A stretch of 57,955 bases of DNA, the filler included, from Platydemus manokwari (Eukaryota), in assembly GCA_037951405.1 (NCBI GenBank). It is 5 parts of 5 records of this genome, joined end to end, with 100 filler letters (N's around TTAATTAATTAA, not from the genome) between each part and the next. Parts side by side here need not be neighbours in the genome. Positions count along the whole stretch, not along the records: positions 21,436 to 32,213 come from JBBMOY011106220.1; positions 32,314 to 44,700 come from JBBMOY010162232.1; 3 more parts are not named here. One strand, given 5' to 3'. The translations under genes were made by a program, and so were the position numbers. The first letter of the stretch is position 1. Every line of letters begins with the position of its first letter. The notes under the pieces were generated by a model. The model worked only from the letters and a program-made list of their open reading frames with translations, was not told where the DNA came from and searched no databases. This document shows, piece by piece, positions 27,893 through 39,429 of the stretch.

Positions 27893-29429
27893 AATTGCGC
27901 GTCTGGTTAACCGCCGTGTGCCCCACTCTGTCCCTGCCCCTGTCCCTTGTCCCCCCCCCCAACCCACTCCCTCGTTCCCTCGTTACTATCAATCTATTCA
28001 CAAATTCAATATCACACTATCACCAATCCACCTTTCTACTAAACGGATATTTGATATAAATATAAATATAAATATATTCAATGCAAATTAGTCCTCTCTG
28101 GCATAAATTTTATTGATTTTTCTAAGTTTGCTTTGATATCGATTTAATTTAAAATTATTGATTTTTCTACTGTGAAAAATAAGCTTTATTATTGTTGTTG
28201 TGTCAACCTTATATGTTTTCTCATTGATTCAAATCTGTGCAATTCTGTGGATATACATATATATAAATATATAAATATATATTGGATTCCATGTGCAATT
28301 CTATGAAAATATTGATTTGACGTTCTGCAATTCTGATGACAGAACGGCACTCACTGATATATCATAGTAATGTAGTATTGGAATAATAATCAATAATTTC
28401 GAATGTGTATGTGTGTGTGTGTGTACATTTGTCAGTGTGTATGTCTTAGAGACATTTTTAGGAATTTGAAAATTATTAATGGATTGCATTTTATATTTTT
28501 GCCTGCCTGATGTCAGTAAAATGCGAGACTTATTTGGTTTTATGTTTTATTCTCTATTACTATCATTATGATAATGATTATTATTACTATTAATATTTAT
28601 TATTGTAGCTTTGGAATGACTTACAATGTTGTTGATTGGATTGTAATAAAATGCATCGTATGGGTTTGTTGTGAAGTGCGCTTGTGTTCGTTCGTGATGT
28701 ATGTATTGTATGTGTGTGTGGACGCCTGTGTGTCGTTTATTGTGCTTTAATATTCACAGATAATTTATTATTTCAGATAATAAAATATAAATTTTGTTCA
28801 TTTTTTATTATAAAACACTGACTAAATATATTTTATTTTTAAGTCGAATATTTTTCAATAAATTTTCTCAATGAATTTATGTCAATTTTTCCACCAAATT
28901 TGGTGGTTTGATTTTTTTCTTCAATTTGATAAATTGGAATTTTGTTTTGTATCGTTTTGTTGTTAATAAGTATTACGATAATCCTTTTCATCTGGTAAAA
29001 TGCGTACTGTTGGTTTTGCAATTATATTCGTCTGCTTAAAAGATATTTCTATGTTTCTCTATTTGTTATAAGTACACTTATCTGTGATTTAAAATGCCAG
29101 TTATTCACGGTGTTTCCCTTATTTCAATCTCGGGACTCTATTTTGTAATTACTGAATAACGATTTGATTAATATATTGGTAATTTTGATTTTGATAAGTT
29201 AACAAATCTCTGTGATATTTGATTTTGTTTTACAACTCATTAGCAGTTTCGACTGAATTGATTGTATCATTTTTGTTATAATTCTGAAGAATAATCTCAA
29301 TATAATCATTATTGGTCAATATGTACTCGATTTTCGTAATGAATCAAGTTCTCGTGATGTGCTTTTAGTTTGATTATACGACATGAAGACGATACGTTTT
29401 TAACCGTCATTAGTATTTGTGAGAATATC

Positions 29430-29614
29430 AAATTGAATTTAATTTGAATTAGTATAGAATTTAAATTTATATTAAATTTGATTTTAAATTGAATTTAATT
29501 TGAATTAGTATAGAATTTAAATTTATATTGAATTTGATTTTAAATTGAATTTAATTTGAATTTGTATAGAATTTAAATTTATATTGAATTTGATTTTAAA
29601 TTGAATTTAATTTG
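29430..29614. repeat. 56-bp AT-rich tandem repeat, ~3.3 copies
   Basis: AAATTGAATTTAATTTG units start at 29430, 29486, 29542, 29598. Confidence 0.9.
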
Positions 29615-30965
29615 GTATTACATTTTATTTATTTGTTTAAATAATGGTCTTTAAATAGAATTGAATGTCGAGTCTTTTCAGTTCGTTTTCGATGCGTTTT
29701 TTTAAAAAAATAGTAGCGGCTTACAGTATTTATAAATAAAACAATAAAAATAAAGAGAAGCAAAAATTTGTTTTAATTGATTGAGTTCAATTGACCAATT
29801 AGGTTGATTAACAACATCAAATGACAAATCTTGAATCATTTCACTGGATTATTTGTTAATTGTTGATAATATAATTTTATAACCTTGTTAGTGATACACA
29901 GAACTTCAAATACATCACTCTATAATTCAACATCCGCTGTATTTGAGCCCAATAAACTTCAATTTGAATTTTTGTGATTAAAATCGATCGATACAAATTA
30001 ATGAAAATCTCATTTGCTAAAAACAACAACGAATATCTGTCGTTCACATAAAATCATTGAGTTATCGAATTGGATTAATTTCTTGTTTGATCTCAGTACA
30101 GATTTCAAGAAATTTAATGCTATCAACTGACAAATGATTTTGAAATCAATGATTTGTTTACGTGGACGTAGTTATTTACAGAAAATATCATTGAAGTATT
30201 GAATAAAAATTTTTTTATAATGTTTGGATTAAGAATCAATAATTGATATTTTATTTCAGCGCTAAGAAAATACCAAAATCACCAATCAAAGAGACTTGAT
30301 AAATAAAATAAAAACTCCGCTACTTAAGTAAATGTTAAAATTTGTGTCGGTTGATGTTAATAGATTCATCAATCGATTTTTCTAATTTTCAATGAGTAGA
30401 CCACAATTTAATTAAAATTTATTTTTAGTGCAGTAAAACAAAATAGAATGTCTGAAAACCGAATTAAATATTGAGATTAAAGGATACTTTAGCGACAAAA
30501 CACTTTATAATCACCTAATTTGATTTGATCTCATTCAGATCTCAATCATCCAAATGATTAATTAAAATCGATAAATTCAGATAAATTTCATTGGTCAATC
30601 ATTAGAGCGCATATTTTGAAACAATTACGTTTTAATTTATCGAAGCAAGAATAAATCGCTCAATCAAATATCCATGTATTTATGAAATTATTATCTGCAA
30701 ACAGCGTCGCTATATATGATAAATAAACAATCTGAACGTCAACCCAATATTAATAATCGATGAGTGACATATATTTACAGTGATACAATTGTGGTGATAT
30801 TAGTAATAATTTTATTAATAATAACAATGACAATATTGGTTCATCATGGTATGTTTTGATCAGATTAGCTACCATCAATTATGTATTTACCAAGATCTGC
30901 ATACGTTTTATTTAACCAATGGTATTAATCTGCACCGCTATCTCATTAAATGAAACCGTTCACAG

Positions 30966-32087
30966 ATGCTACTGTCTACAAATAACACAAAAACCAGGAG
31001 TTTATTTATCATCTTCTTGGAATATACGAACTGTTCCCATGGTTCCACAATTTTGTCCGACAATAATCTATCACTGACAGTTTTATTGTCCATTCAACTG
31101 GCATGTCATCTAACATCTTTTGTCCTCTCAGTAATGGCCCTAATGGTAGTCAAATATTATGGAATCGCTGGTTATAGAATGAATCGAATTCTATTATTGC
31201 TTAGCATCATTGAAGTATTCTACAATGGCAGTTCCTCGATTTATTACATCATATTGATTTTCTACAAATCCTATTCACCATTCAACATTTATCTGAGGGT
31301 TTTCCTCAATTTATTCTCCAATCGATTGTTTATTCTCGTTCGCAACTGGTGGATAGCCTTTATCGCACTGACGAGATTTATTGTCGTTCGCCATTCAGTG
31401 GAAGGCTGTAGAATTAGAGTCGCTATGAGTAATATCAGTTTCTTAATAATTGTACTAGTCGGGATTATTTATACCATTCTTTTTACTTATTGGTTCTCTA
31501 TTTTTGTGATTATCTGCAAAGATTATCACCGATTCTCGATATTCGTTTGGAATATCCATAAAGAATCGGCAATTTATAAAATAGCCGATGCTCTGACCGT
31601 GCTGTTGGAAACAATCTCTCCAATCATTATAGTGATAATTTGTTCTCTGTTAACATTTATGTTTTTAAAATCTCGTAAAACGATTATTAAAAGGACTCAA
31701 AAAAGAAAATCGAAAACTGCGAAAACTTTATTCTTTATTTCGATAATTTTCACAGTGTGCCAGTTGCCGTCGTCAATGATTATTGCGTTTTGTTTTGTGG
31801 AAAAGGAGTCCATGCTTCTGGCTTATCCAAATTTCGAGAATTTTTCCAAACAGATCAGGTCGATTGCTCTAATTTTTTCAGCCTTAAATTCCATTGGGAA
31901 TGTAGTGATCTATTTTGCAAGAAGTTCCGATTTCAAAACCGCTCTTCGTGATATTATCTATTGTCGATGGAGTTTTGTAAAATTCAGGAAATCGGTCGAC
32001 AAACGCCGAACCAAGTCTCCGTGGAATTCTTACAGACGACGGACGCATTTTTCGTCAGATTGTTTAGAAAAGGAATCACAGTTTTGA
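30966..32087 (+). CDS. Intronless class A (rhodopsin-like) orphan GPCR, Srw/peptide-receptor-like flatworm type, 373 aa
   Basis: Seven hydrophobic segments; TM3 RNWWIAFIALTRF (in place of DRY), TM5 proline, basic ICL3, TM6 FTVCQLP, TM7 NSIGNVVIY, helix 8 SSDFK. Confidence 0.9.
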   Translation: MLLSTNNTKTRSLFIIFLEYTNCSHGSTILSDNNLSLTVLLSIQLACHLTSFVLSVMALMVVKYYGIAGYRMNRILLLLSIIEVFYNGSSSIYYIILIFYKSYSPFNIYLRVFLNLFSNRLFILVRNWWIAFIALTRFIVVRHSVEGCRIRVAMSNISFLIIVLVGIIYTILFTYWFSIFVIICKDYHRFSIFVWNIHKESAIYKIADALTVLLETISPIIIVIICSLLTFMFLKSRKTIIKRTQKRKSKTAKTLFFISIIFTVCQLPSSMIIAFCFVEKESMLLAYPNFENFSKQIRSIALIFSALNSIGNVVIYFARSSDFKTALRDIIYCRWSFVKFRKSVDKRRTKSPWNSYRRRTHFSSDCLEKESQF

Positions 32088-32154
32088 TTTATCACATACT
32101 ACTTCGTACAAACTTTGAAGTATTATAAAATGTCTTTATTTGTTTTGTTGGGAA

Positions 32155-32178
32155 TATATATCTATATATCTATCTATA

Positions 32179-32213
<35 letters not shown>
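32155..32213. repeat. (TATC)n microsatellite at contig edge
   Basis: Direct reading. Confidence 0.95.
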
Positions 32214-32313
32214 NNNNNNNNNNNNNNNNNNNNNNNNNNNNNNNNNNNNNNNNNNNNTTAATTAATTAANNNNNNNNNNNNNNNNNNNNNNNNNNNNNNN
32301 NNNNNNNNNNNNN
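32214..32313. other. Assembly spacer N44-TTAATTAATTAA-N44
   Basis: Same structure as the other spacers. Confidence 0.97.
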
Positions 32314-33049
32314 AAGGTCCTACCAATCTCAATGAATCTAAGAATCTAATGTTTTTATAGTGGAAAGAAATATATTTTTCATCTGTATTTGTTATTATTT
32401 TTTTAATACTATACTGTGAATTTAGTTTCATGATATCATTTAAAAAAAGATGAAAATCATAATTACTTCCGTTATGAGTATAACATGGAATAAAGAAATT
32501 TCTAATAGATTTATGATTTAAATTACAATTATTACAAGAAGCACCTCTATATTTCCCATTATAATGATCATGATTTCTTACTTTTCCTGTTTCTTCTGTA
32601 AAATGAATATCACAATATTGACAAGTTAAAGATTCTGGAAAATTTAATTCATCTTCTTCACTCAATAGTATACTTTTTACATATATTCTTACTGATAAAG
32701 TTTTTTGCTTAAATAAATATTTAGTATTACTCTTACCTAATACTTCGCATTGATCAATGTAATTTTTAAATTTATTTTCAGAATAATATTTATTCAAACG
32801 TCTTAGGCACATAAATTGACTATGTCCATTTTTCGCAAATATGTTCATATTTATACATAGTACATAATGTTTTTCAAACAATAATACATTACAACCTCGA
32901 GGATTTTAATAAAAATAAAATAATGGGAACACATTTTGATCTTTATCAATTTCAAACACATTGAATTCTATATAATTTTGAATTTTAAATTTCTTTATCC
33001 TTTCTAAAGAAATGGGAAATTCTATTGTATTCAAATTTAATTGACCACC
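32314..33049 (-). mobile_element. Polinton/Maverick-type protein-primed DNA polymerase B fragment, truncated by contig end
   Basis: LNLNTIEFPISL..FNVF..(stop)..HYVL; EndoVII-like Zn motif CQYC..VRNHDHYNGKYRGASCNNCNL; exonuclease motif HNGSNYDFHLF; IRFLDS. Confidence 0.88.
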
Positions 33050-33189
33050 ATGCACCATTGAAACCACTGGAATATTATAAAAGAAAAATAACTTTAAGGA
33101 CTATCAACAGAGGAAAATGAGAAAGATGGATACCGAACCAGATAATCACGATTAAAGGCACAAATTTATTCAATCTGTTTGAATCGCAA

Positions 33190-34700
33190 AAACAGAAAAT
33201 TCTATGATCAAACATTGGACAAAGTCAATTAACAGCGAACATATTTTATAGTGAATAAATAACAATATCGAATTGATTAATTTCTCCTGAATACGTTAGG
33301 TGAATAATCCCAATATCGACTGTCGTAATTAAATTTTTGTGCACTGTTTAAATTTTGGCCAACGTTTATATACCCAGATTTTTGTGGGAGCAATTACTAA
33401 TTTTCGGTTAATTTCGTCGTTAATGTGGTAATTTATTTTTTTCCCGTTGTGATTATTTTTCCAAGGTGAATCAGCGCTATCAGTGCTTTCACCATAGCAA
33501 CAAACTAAATCACCATGGTTGCGTGAATTTTAGAAAATTTTAAGGATTGATGATTCATTTGTATGTTTAAAATTATTATGAATTAAACAGTGTGGGTTGA
33601 TAGGCTGTGATATACCTGGACTAATAATCCAGCAAGAATAAGTGTTTTTCTTTTTACAATTCGAACTTACGTAGCCACATTAAAATCGATATTTAATTTT
33701 TAATTTAATGTTAATTTTTGTACTAATAAATCAAATTCTAGCCACTTGTCCTTTCAGCCCGCTTTTGATTTCCAATAAAATAAGTTTTTATGCAATGGGT
33801 ATTTCCAAAAATCTTTTTATGTTCTTTTATAATTCAAGTCTTATTATTTGTTATAATTTAGATAAATACTTATCCAGTCTTATTGCACTTATCGCTCAAT
33901 TATAATTTTTAAAACCAAAATAGACCTTTGGATAATTTGTTACACATAATATAATCCTCAATACTTACTATCGAAAACTCTTAGGACACAAAGTCAGGAA
34001 CCAGAACAAATAATAAAATACATATTTAATAAATGTATTCTAGATTATTTTTTGTTGAACTTTCCTTTATATAATTTTGCTTCGACTAATTTGACTTGTA
34101 TTCAATATCCGTTGAGCTTTCTAACATTTTAATTCGTGTGTTGTCAGCTTATATAGTTGCTGACTTTAGACACTTTGTGCCCATTGATAAAATGTAATTT
34201 TAAAATTTTAATCATTTCGGTACTTTGTATTGCAATTTTAACTTAATGATTTTAACCTTTGACATTTAATAAGTTTGTAAATTGAAATTTAATAATAATA
34301 ATTTTATAGCTTTTTTTAGTTTTTCGGATATTTGGTTTACTAGGTTTATAGATTTAGTATTACTTGAATCAAAACAAATTGAAAATTATGTGAGAAATCA
34401 TGTAAGTATTCAGGCCCTGTTAATAGATAAGTTGAGCTCTGGTTTGCATTTTATTGATAATATTTGATTAGTACACTTGTCTTCAAAAGGTGTATGTATA
34501 TTATTAATTGGATGTGTAACTATTTTATAAATCTGGAATAAAATAAATAAAATTGATTTATCTAAAGTATAATTATTATTACAATGGGAACAATTTAAGC
34601 AAATGATCCGGTTTGGGTTTTTTTTATTACCAGTTTAATGTAGGTATAACTCTATTGATTTTATATAACTCTTGGTCTAATGGTGCCGTAACGACTGATA
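33190..34700 (-). mobile_element. Highly degraded LINE 5' region (possible ORF1 Cys motifs plus AP endonuclease)
   Basis: Ordered remnants resembling Y.P, GDLV (GDFN) and FDHR (SDH) motifs; upstream ICLNCSH; many stops and frameshifts. Confidence 0.3.
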
Positions 34701-35121
34701 TAATATCCTTCCATTGTTTTAAGATTTTAGTCCTTAGATATATTCTAGTTCAATTAGATTAAAGCTAGAATGTTTTAGTGATGTAGCTTTAAATTTATAC
34801 ACAATATAAATTTTAAGAAATAATTTAAACTAATAAAATTAAAATTGTAATAGTTAATTTAATTTAGTCGATACGTTTCGATACTGGAACATTTGTATGC
34901 TAAGTACAATCTTTAATTTAGAATATATTTGCATTTTAGAATAATTCTTCTGTTGTTTATAGCTCTCGTTTTAGGTTGGTGGTTTAATATTTATATTTCC
35001 TGTCACTTGTCTTGAATAATAATATTTCCGTCGTAGGATAACTAGTTGACGATAGTAATTATTATGTCAAGAGTTCAGTTACAGCCTAATGGCAATGTTT
35101 TATGATTTTGATGTTTATTTA

Positions 35122-35379
35122 TGTTGGGTTCGCTTTACGCTAGACGTAACAAAGGTTCGTAACTTTCTTTAATAATTTCCTATCTGACTCCAAAAGATAG
35201 TCGTCACTTCACTAAGTTATATTCATATCAAAATGTACAAAGCAGTTTAACACGGGCTTAACTCTTAATAAAGTTCTCACAATGCTGAGATACTGGCCGA
35301 GGAGCTACTCCTGGCCTAAATTACGTACTCGCGAACGTAGTTAAATTACGGGCGCTCTACACTAATACCTACTGTTACA
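35122..35379 (-). mobile_element. Candidate LTR (TG...CA bounded) at the 3' side of the minus-strand retroelement remnant
   Basis: TGTTGGG at 35122 and TGTTACA ending at 35379; GC-richer, non-coding, hairpin-rich; no polypurine tract or second copy seen. Confidence 0.3.
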
Positions 35380-37499
35380 ATACTGATATTCGAAGTTCAC
35401 TACCCCGAATATCCTAATACAATGATTTTCTACTTTACTCTGCGATAATAATATTCGGAATTCACTATCCACGAATATTCTAATAAATACAATGCAATAA
35501 AATATCAAACAATAACCTGATTTCTGGTTTCAATATTCCAATGATTACTTTATTCCAATAGTTTCTCGGAAATTCTCCTACTATTTCGATGTCCTCCTTG
35601 CAAAATATTCTAATATCTAATAGCTTCTTTTCAAAAAAATTCTTTGCTGACGATTTCTTTTCCTACCTTTTTGCAATTGAGTTGTTCAACGCAAGTCAGC
35701 ATTTATATGCTACAATTGTGCTTGCACCACTTGCAGCACATTTCTCTTTCCCTGAGTTGACATGTGCAGTCAACCCCTACATTTAGATTAATATCAACAG
35801 ATATTAATCGATATTTTCCTTTCTGGAAAATTGTCTGCTATTTCATTATTTTAACAACACTAAAACAAATATATAATTTTCTAAAAATAATTTTAAATTC
35901 TTTATTTATTCAAATCTTTATTTAATAATTATTTTTCTTACTAATAATTTAACATTAACATTATTTTTCTACTTTATTATTTATTTTAATAAATTTATTT
36001 TCTTTATCTTTTAATTTAACTTTGCTCATTAACTATTTACTTTCATTTTAATTTTAATACTTTTACATTATAGACTCCTTATTCGCCTTATTCAAAACGA
36101 TAAAATAAATAACAAAATACATTTATTAATTCACCATCAAAATCATAATCAAAATCACAATCAGAATTATAATTCAATGTCGTTTTGCTATCAATTCAGC
36201 CGTCATATCTTCTTCCTTTTAATACGGCGTTCCTCTCCGGTACTGTTTCAGAAATAGGCTAAATAGCCTAACCGAAATATCTGTTTCTAATCGCTATCTT
36301 TCTGAGGTCCTCACTGGATCCTTCGATTTTCACTGTTGCATATGGAATAACTATCGTTTTCCAACCCCTCTTCAACTTCAATTGCTGTGAGAACATTGTC
36401 TATCTTGACCTCTTTTTGATCTTCTATCAATCCTTTTACATTCTTCGGTTTTATCGCGCTTTCTCCTTGAGGCAATGATTGACATTCATGAAGGCTTCTA
36501 TTCGGTCATAAAAGATTCGGGGTTTAACTGTCTTCTTTACTGACATTCCTTTTCTTTTCGAAATTGCTTCTATCTGGGTTAGGGTTTTCTTGTGAATTCT
36601 AGGTAATCCTGCTACTGGTGTGGGTTTATTGCTCATTCTAAAATATAAATAATTATTAATATCGATTGATACTCTTTTTGCAAAAGAAACCAAACAATTT
36701 ACTTTATATAGTAGATACACTATGTGCTATATTTCTAACATTGAGTACCATGGGTTCTTCTTGTTCTGTTTGTATCTGGATGCTAATTTTTGGTAGCTGA
36801 CTAACATTCTTGTTGCTAACGTTAATTTTACTATCCGCATTACAATGGTTGTCATTGCAAATCCTATTATCATCGATTGTTCTACAGATCTTAAAGATCT
36901 CTTGTCCTGTTTTGATTCGTTTTGACTTCCTGGTCCGGTACCCATTCTCTTCAAATGAGTAAGGGAATCTGAAAAACCGACTCCATAATCACTTTATTCC
37001 CTATTTTCCTTTGGTTTCTTTGATAAATCATGGCTTTTATCCCTCTCCTGAATGACTGCCAGTCTCTGGTTGTCGTAGGTTTCATTGTCGCAGTCGTAGG
37101 TAATGGCGGCGGTATTTTCTGAATGGGTTTGAAGTTAAATCCCGGAATTATTATTTATACTTCTTCATATTCTTCTACCAAAAATTTTGACAACTCCTTA
37201 CTCCACCAATTATACCATATGTAAGCTTGTCTTGGCTTTGTCCAGTGTCATATCATGCCTTGTGTGCTTTTCGTCCAGCACTATCACCATTCATTCCATT
37301 TGAATTTGTGCTGTATAATTACTTTTCGGATTTCACATCCAGGTTATATTATCCTTTGTCACAAATATTCTCACCGGTGCTCGTTTACACCGTGTTTTTC
37401 ATATCTTTGTTTTGTCTTCCGCGTACGTTGATCTTTATGTGACACTTCTATTTCAAACCAGTAGACGCGTGGCAATCTTAGGCTAGTATATGTAACTTT

Positions 37500-37672
37500 T
37501 TGTTTATATCTTCCAAAATAGACTTTCGCTTTGGCAAGGTATTCAATTTCACTACGTGGAATAATTTACAGATCCCCGCAATTATATTGCTCATGAAATC
37601 CTTTCCTCTATCTGTCAACATCTTAATTGGTGCTCCATACCGGAACACTAACTCTTCCACGAATATTTAGCT
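37500..37672 (-). pseudogene. Ty3/Gypsy integrase catalytic-core fragment
   Basis: FVEELVFRYGAPIKMLTDRGKDFMSNIIAGICKLFHVVKLNT matches the rve segment around the second catalytic Asp (I..R.G.P..L.TD.G..F.S). Confidence 0.88.
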
Positions 37673-37679
37673 GAGCTTA

Positions 37680-38296
37680 TATAAGCTAAGTGACATTCCA
37701 TTGGCCGTACCTCATATACTAAAGTTGCTTGTCTGTTGAAACAGTTTGGAAATGATAACATCGCTCCTGATTCCTCATCGAAAACTTCTTTAACTTCTAT
37801 TAACTCGGTTTCATAATCATAAATAGTAACTGTGTTATTGACATAATATTTCCCTCTATTGACCGTTAGTCCAGTACATAGACCATCACCGTAAATTTCT
37901 CCTCCTTCAATTAGGATTTATGTACTTATTACACCTTTTTCTACTGTGAGAGTTGTTTTCTCATCAATTCTTAACTTCTTTGTGGTAAAGGCAAAGTTAC
38001 AAGCTGTTGGAGGAACTTCTATGGCTCTGGGTATCACTTTGGCAGAGACTATTGATGCATGACTGTGATATCCACAATACTATTCTAAATTAGCTTTCTT
38101 TACTCTGCATTCTAATTCTATAGCCAGTTTCTTTATGTAACAGGTATATCAATTTTGTCGTGTTTACCTCCAAATCCACTCTCGAATATATATTTTGTAG
38201 CTGAGGTTTGTGGCAATCAAATGCTCGTATGGTCGTGATTCCTGTCCTATTAAATAAACTCATTACCATGATTATTATTAACAATATCATAGACAT
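37680..38296 (-). pseudogene. Chuvirus/gB-type class III fusion glycoprotein (env), N-terminal part, disrupted
   Basis: Signal-like MSMILLIIIMVMSL, then RAFDC; after a frameshift near 38120: LECRVKKANLE*YCGYHSH..PPTACNFAF..GEIYGDGLCTG..NNTVTIYDYETEL..FDEESG..PNC. Confidence 0.8.
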
Positions 38297-39429
38297 CTGT
38301 GCTCTCAATTCTATGTTTGGTGCTTCTCTTATTTTAGATGGTTTGGGTTTGCCCTTTTCTTTGATCAGTCCTTGACTCGATATATTTTTCCAACAACGTG
38401 CCAATTTTTCCTAGAGTTTCTTGGTATTTCTATTGATGCTTTGTAGTTACTTCATATAGCTTTCGTATCATGACGGCTATAGCTATTTGAGGTTTCCCGC
38501 GTCCCATTATTCCTTGAGCAAAGCTTCTAATAATCACTTCGTCATCCACTTTTTCATCTGATATGATGTGTCAAATTCGAGCTTCTACACTAACCAATTT
38601 GGTCCTCAGTTTTTTTTATAACTCATTATCCAATAGATCTTGAAAATCTGTTGATGAGGTTAATTCCAGATGTAGAAATTTCAACACGTTCTCTAACATG
38701 TCCTCTGCATGGGCTCTATCAAATTTCGTGCTTCTTTCACTTAAGCTCTCGCTTTAATTTTTCCACTTGTAGTGGCACTTAGCGTATGCCTTGCAATTTG
38801 ATCTTTTCTTAGTTTCCCTGGTCCTGGATGTCTTGTCTCGATTCTTCTATCCTTCTTTGGTTAGGTGATTGGCTCAGTGAATTCCGATGGTTTTCTGACA
38901 GGTGGAATTAATTGTTCATAATCTCCTTCTCCATATGATTGGACGAATTCGTCTTGAGTTTCTTCTAATTTTGTTTCTTCTTGCATTTAAACTTCTTCTG
39001 GTTCTGTCTCTTCTTTGCTTTAAATCCTTCTTAATTTTATTCATTTTCTCTCCTTTTTCTGATACAATACAAGTTTCTCTAATTAGCTCATTTTGCTCTT
39101 CAGATAGATTATCTGGTTCATCTGATGGCTCATCTTTCCATTCACTTCGAATCATGTCAATATAACTCGTTTTGTGACATCCTATGAGAAGAATATGATA
39201 TAAGACAAAAAAAGACACAACATAAATACATTATCGCAAATGTATGGTATCACATTGAATGGAATGGTCAATGATAATAGATTATAGGTATTATAGATTA
39301 TAGACAAAATAGTAATGATAAGGTTAAATTGGTTAAAAAATCAAAATGATACAAGTGAAAAGGAAAAATTTAAAATCATAATGCAAATATCATAATCCAA
39401 ATTTCTAAGTCCAAATACAGCAACAATAG

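Larger units (their letters stand above)
35590..39220 (-). mobile_element. Decayed env-bearing Ty3/Gypsy-like retroelement remnant (element A)
   Basis: T-rich plus strand (A-rich coding strand); order on minus: unknown basic/coiled ORF, signal peptide plus glycoprotein N-terminal part, integrase fragment, unknown ORFs, small Cys-rich ORF. Confidence 0.7.

Noticed and set aside
27627-28091. 154-aa ORF and other ORFs overlapping 27462-28059
   Set aside because: Shadow frames of the G-alpha-o exons and 3' UTR.
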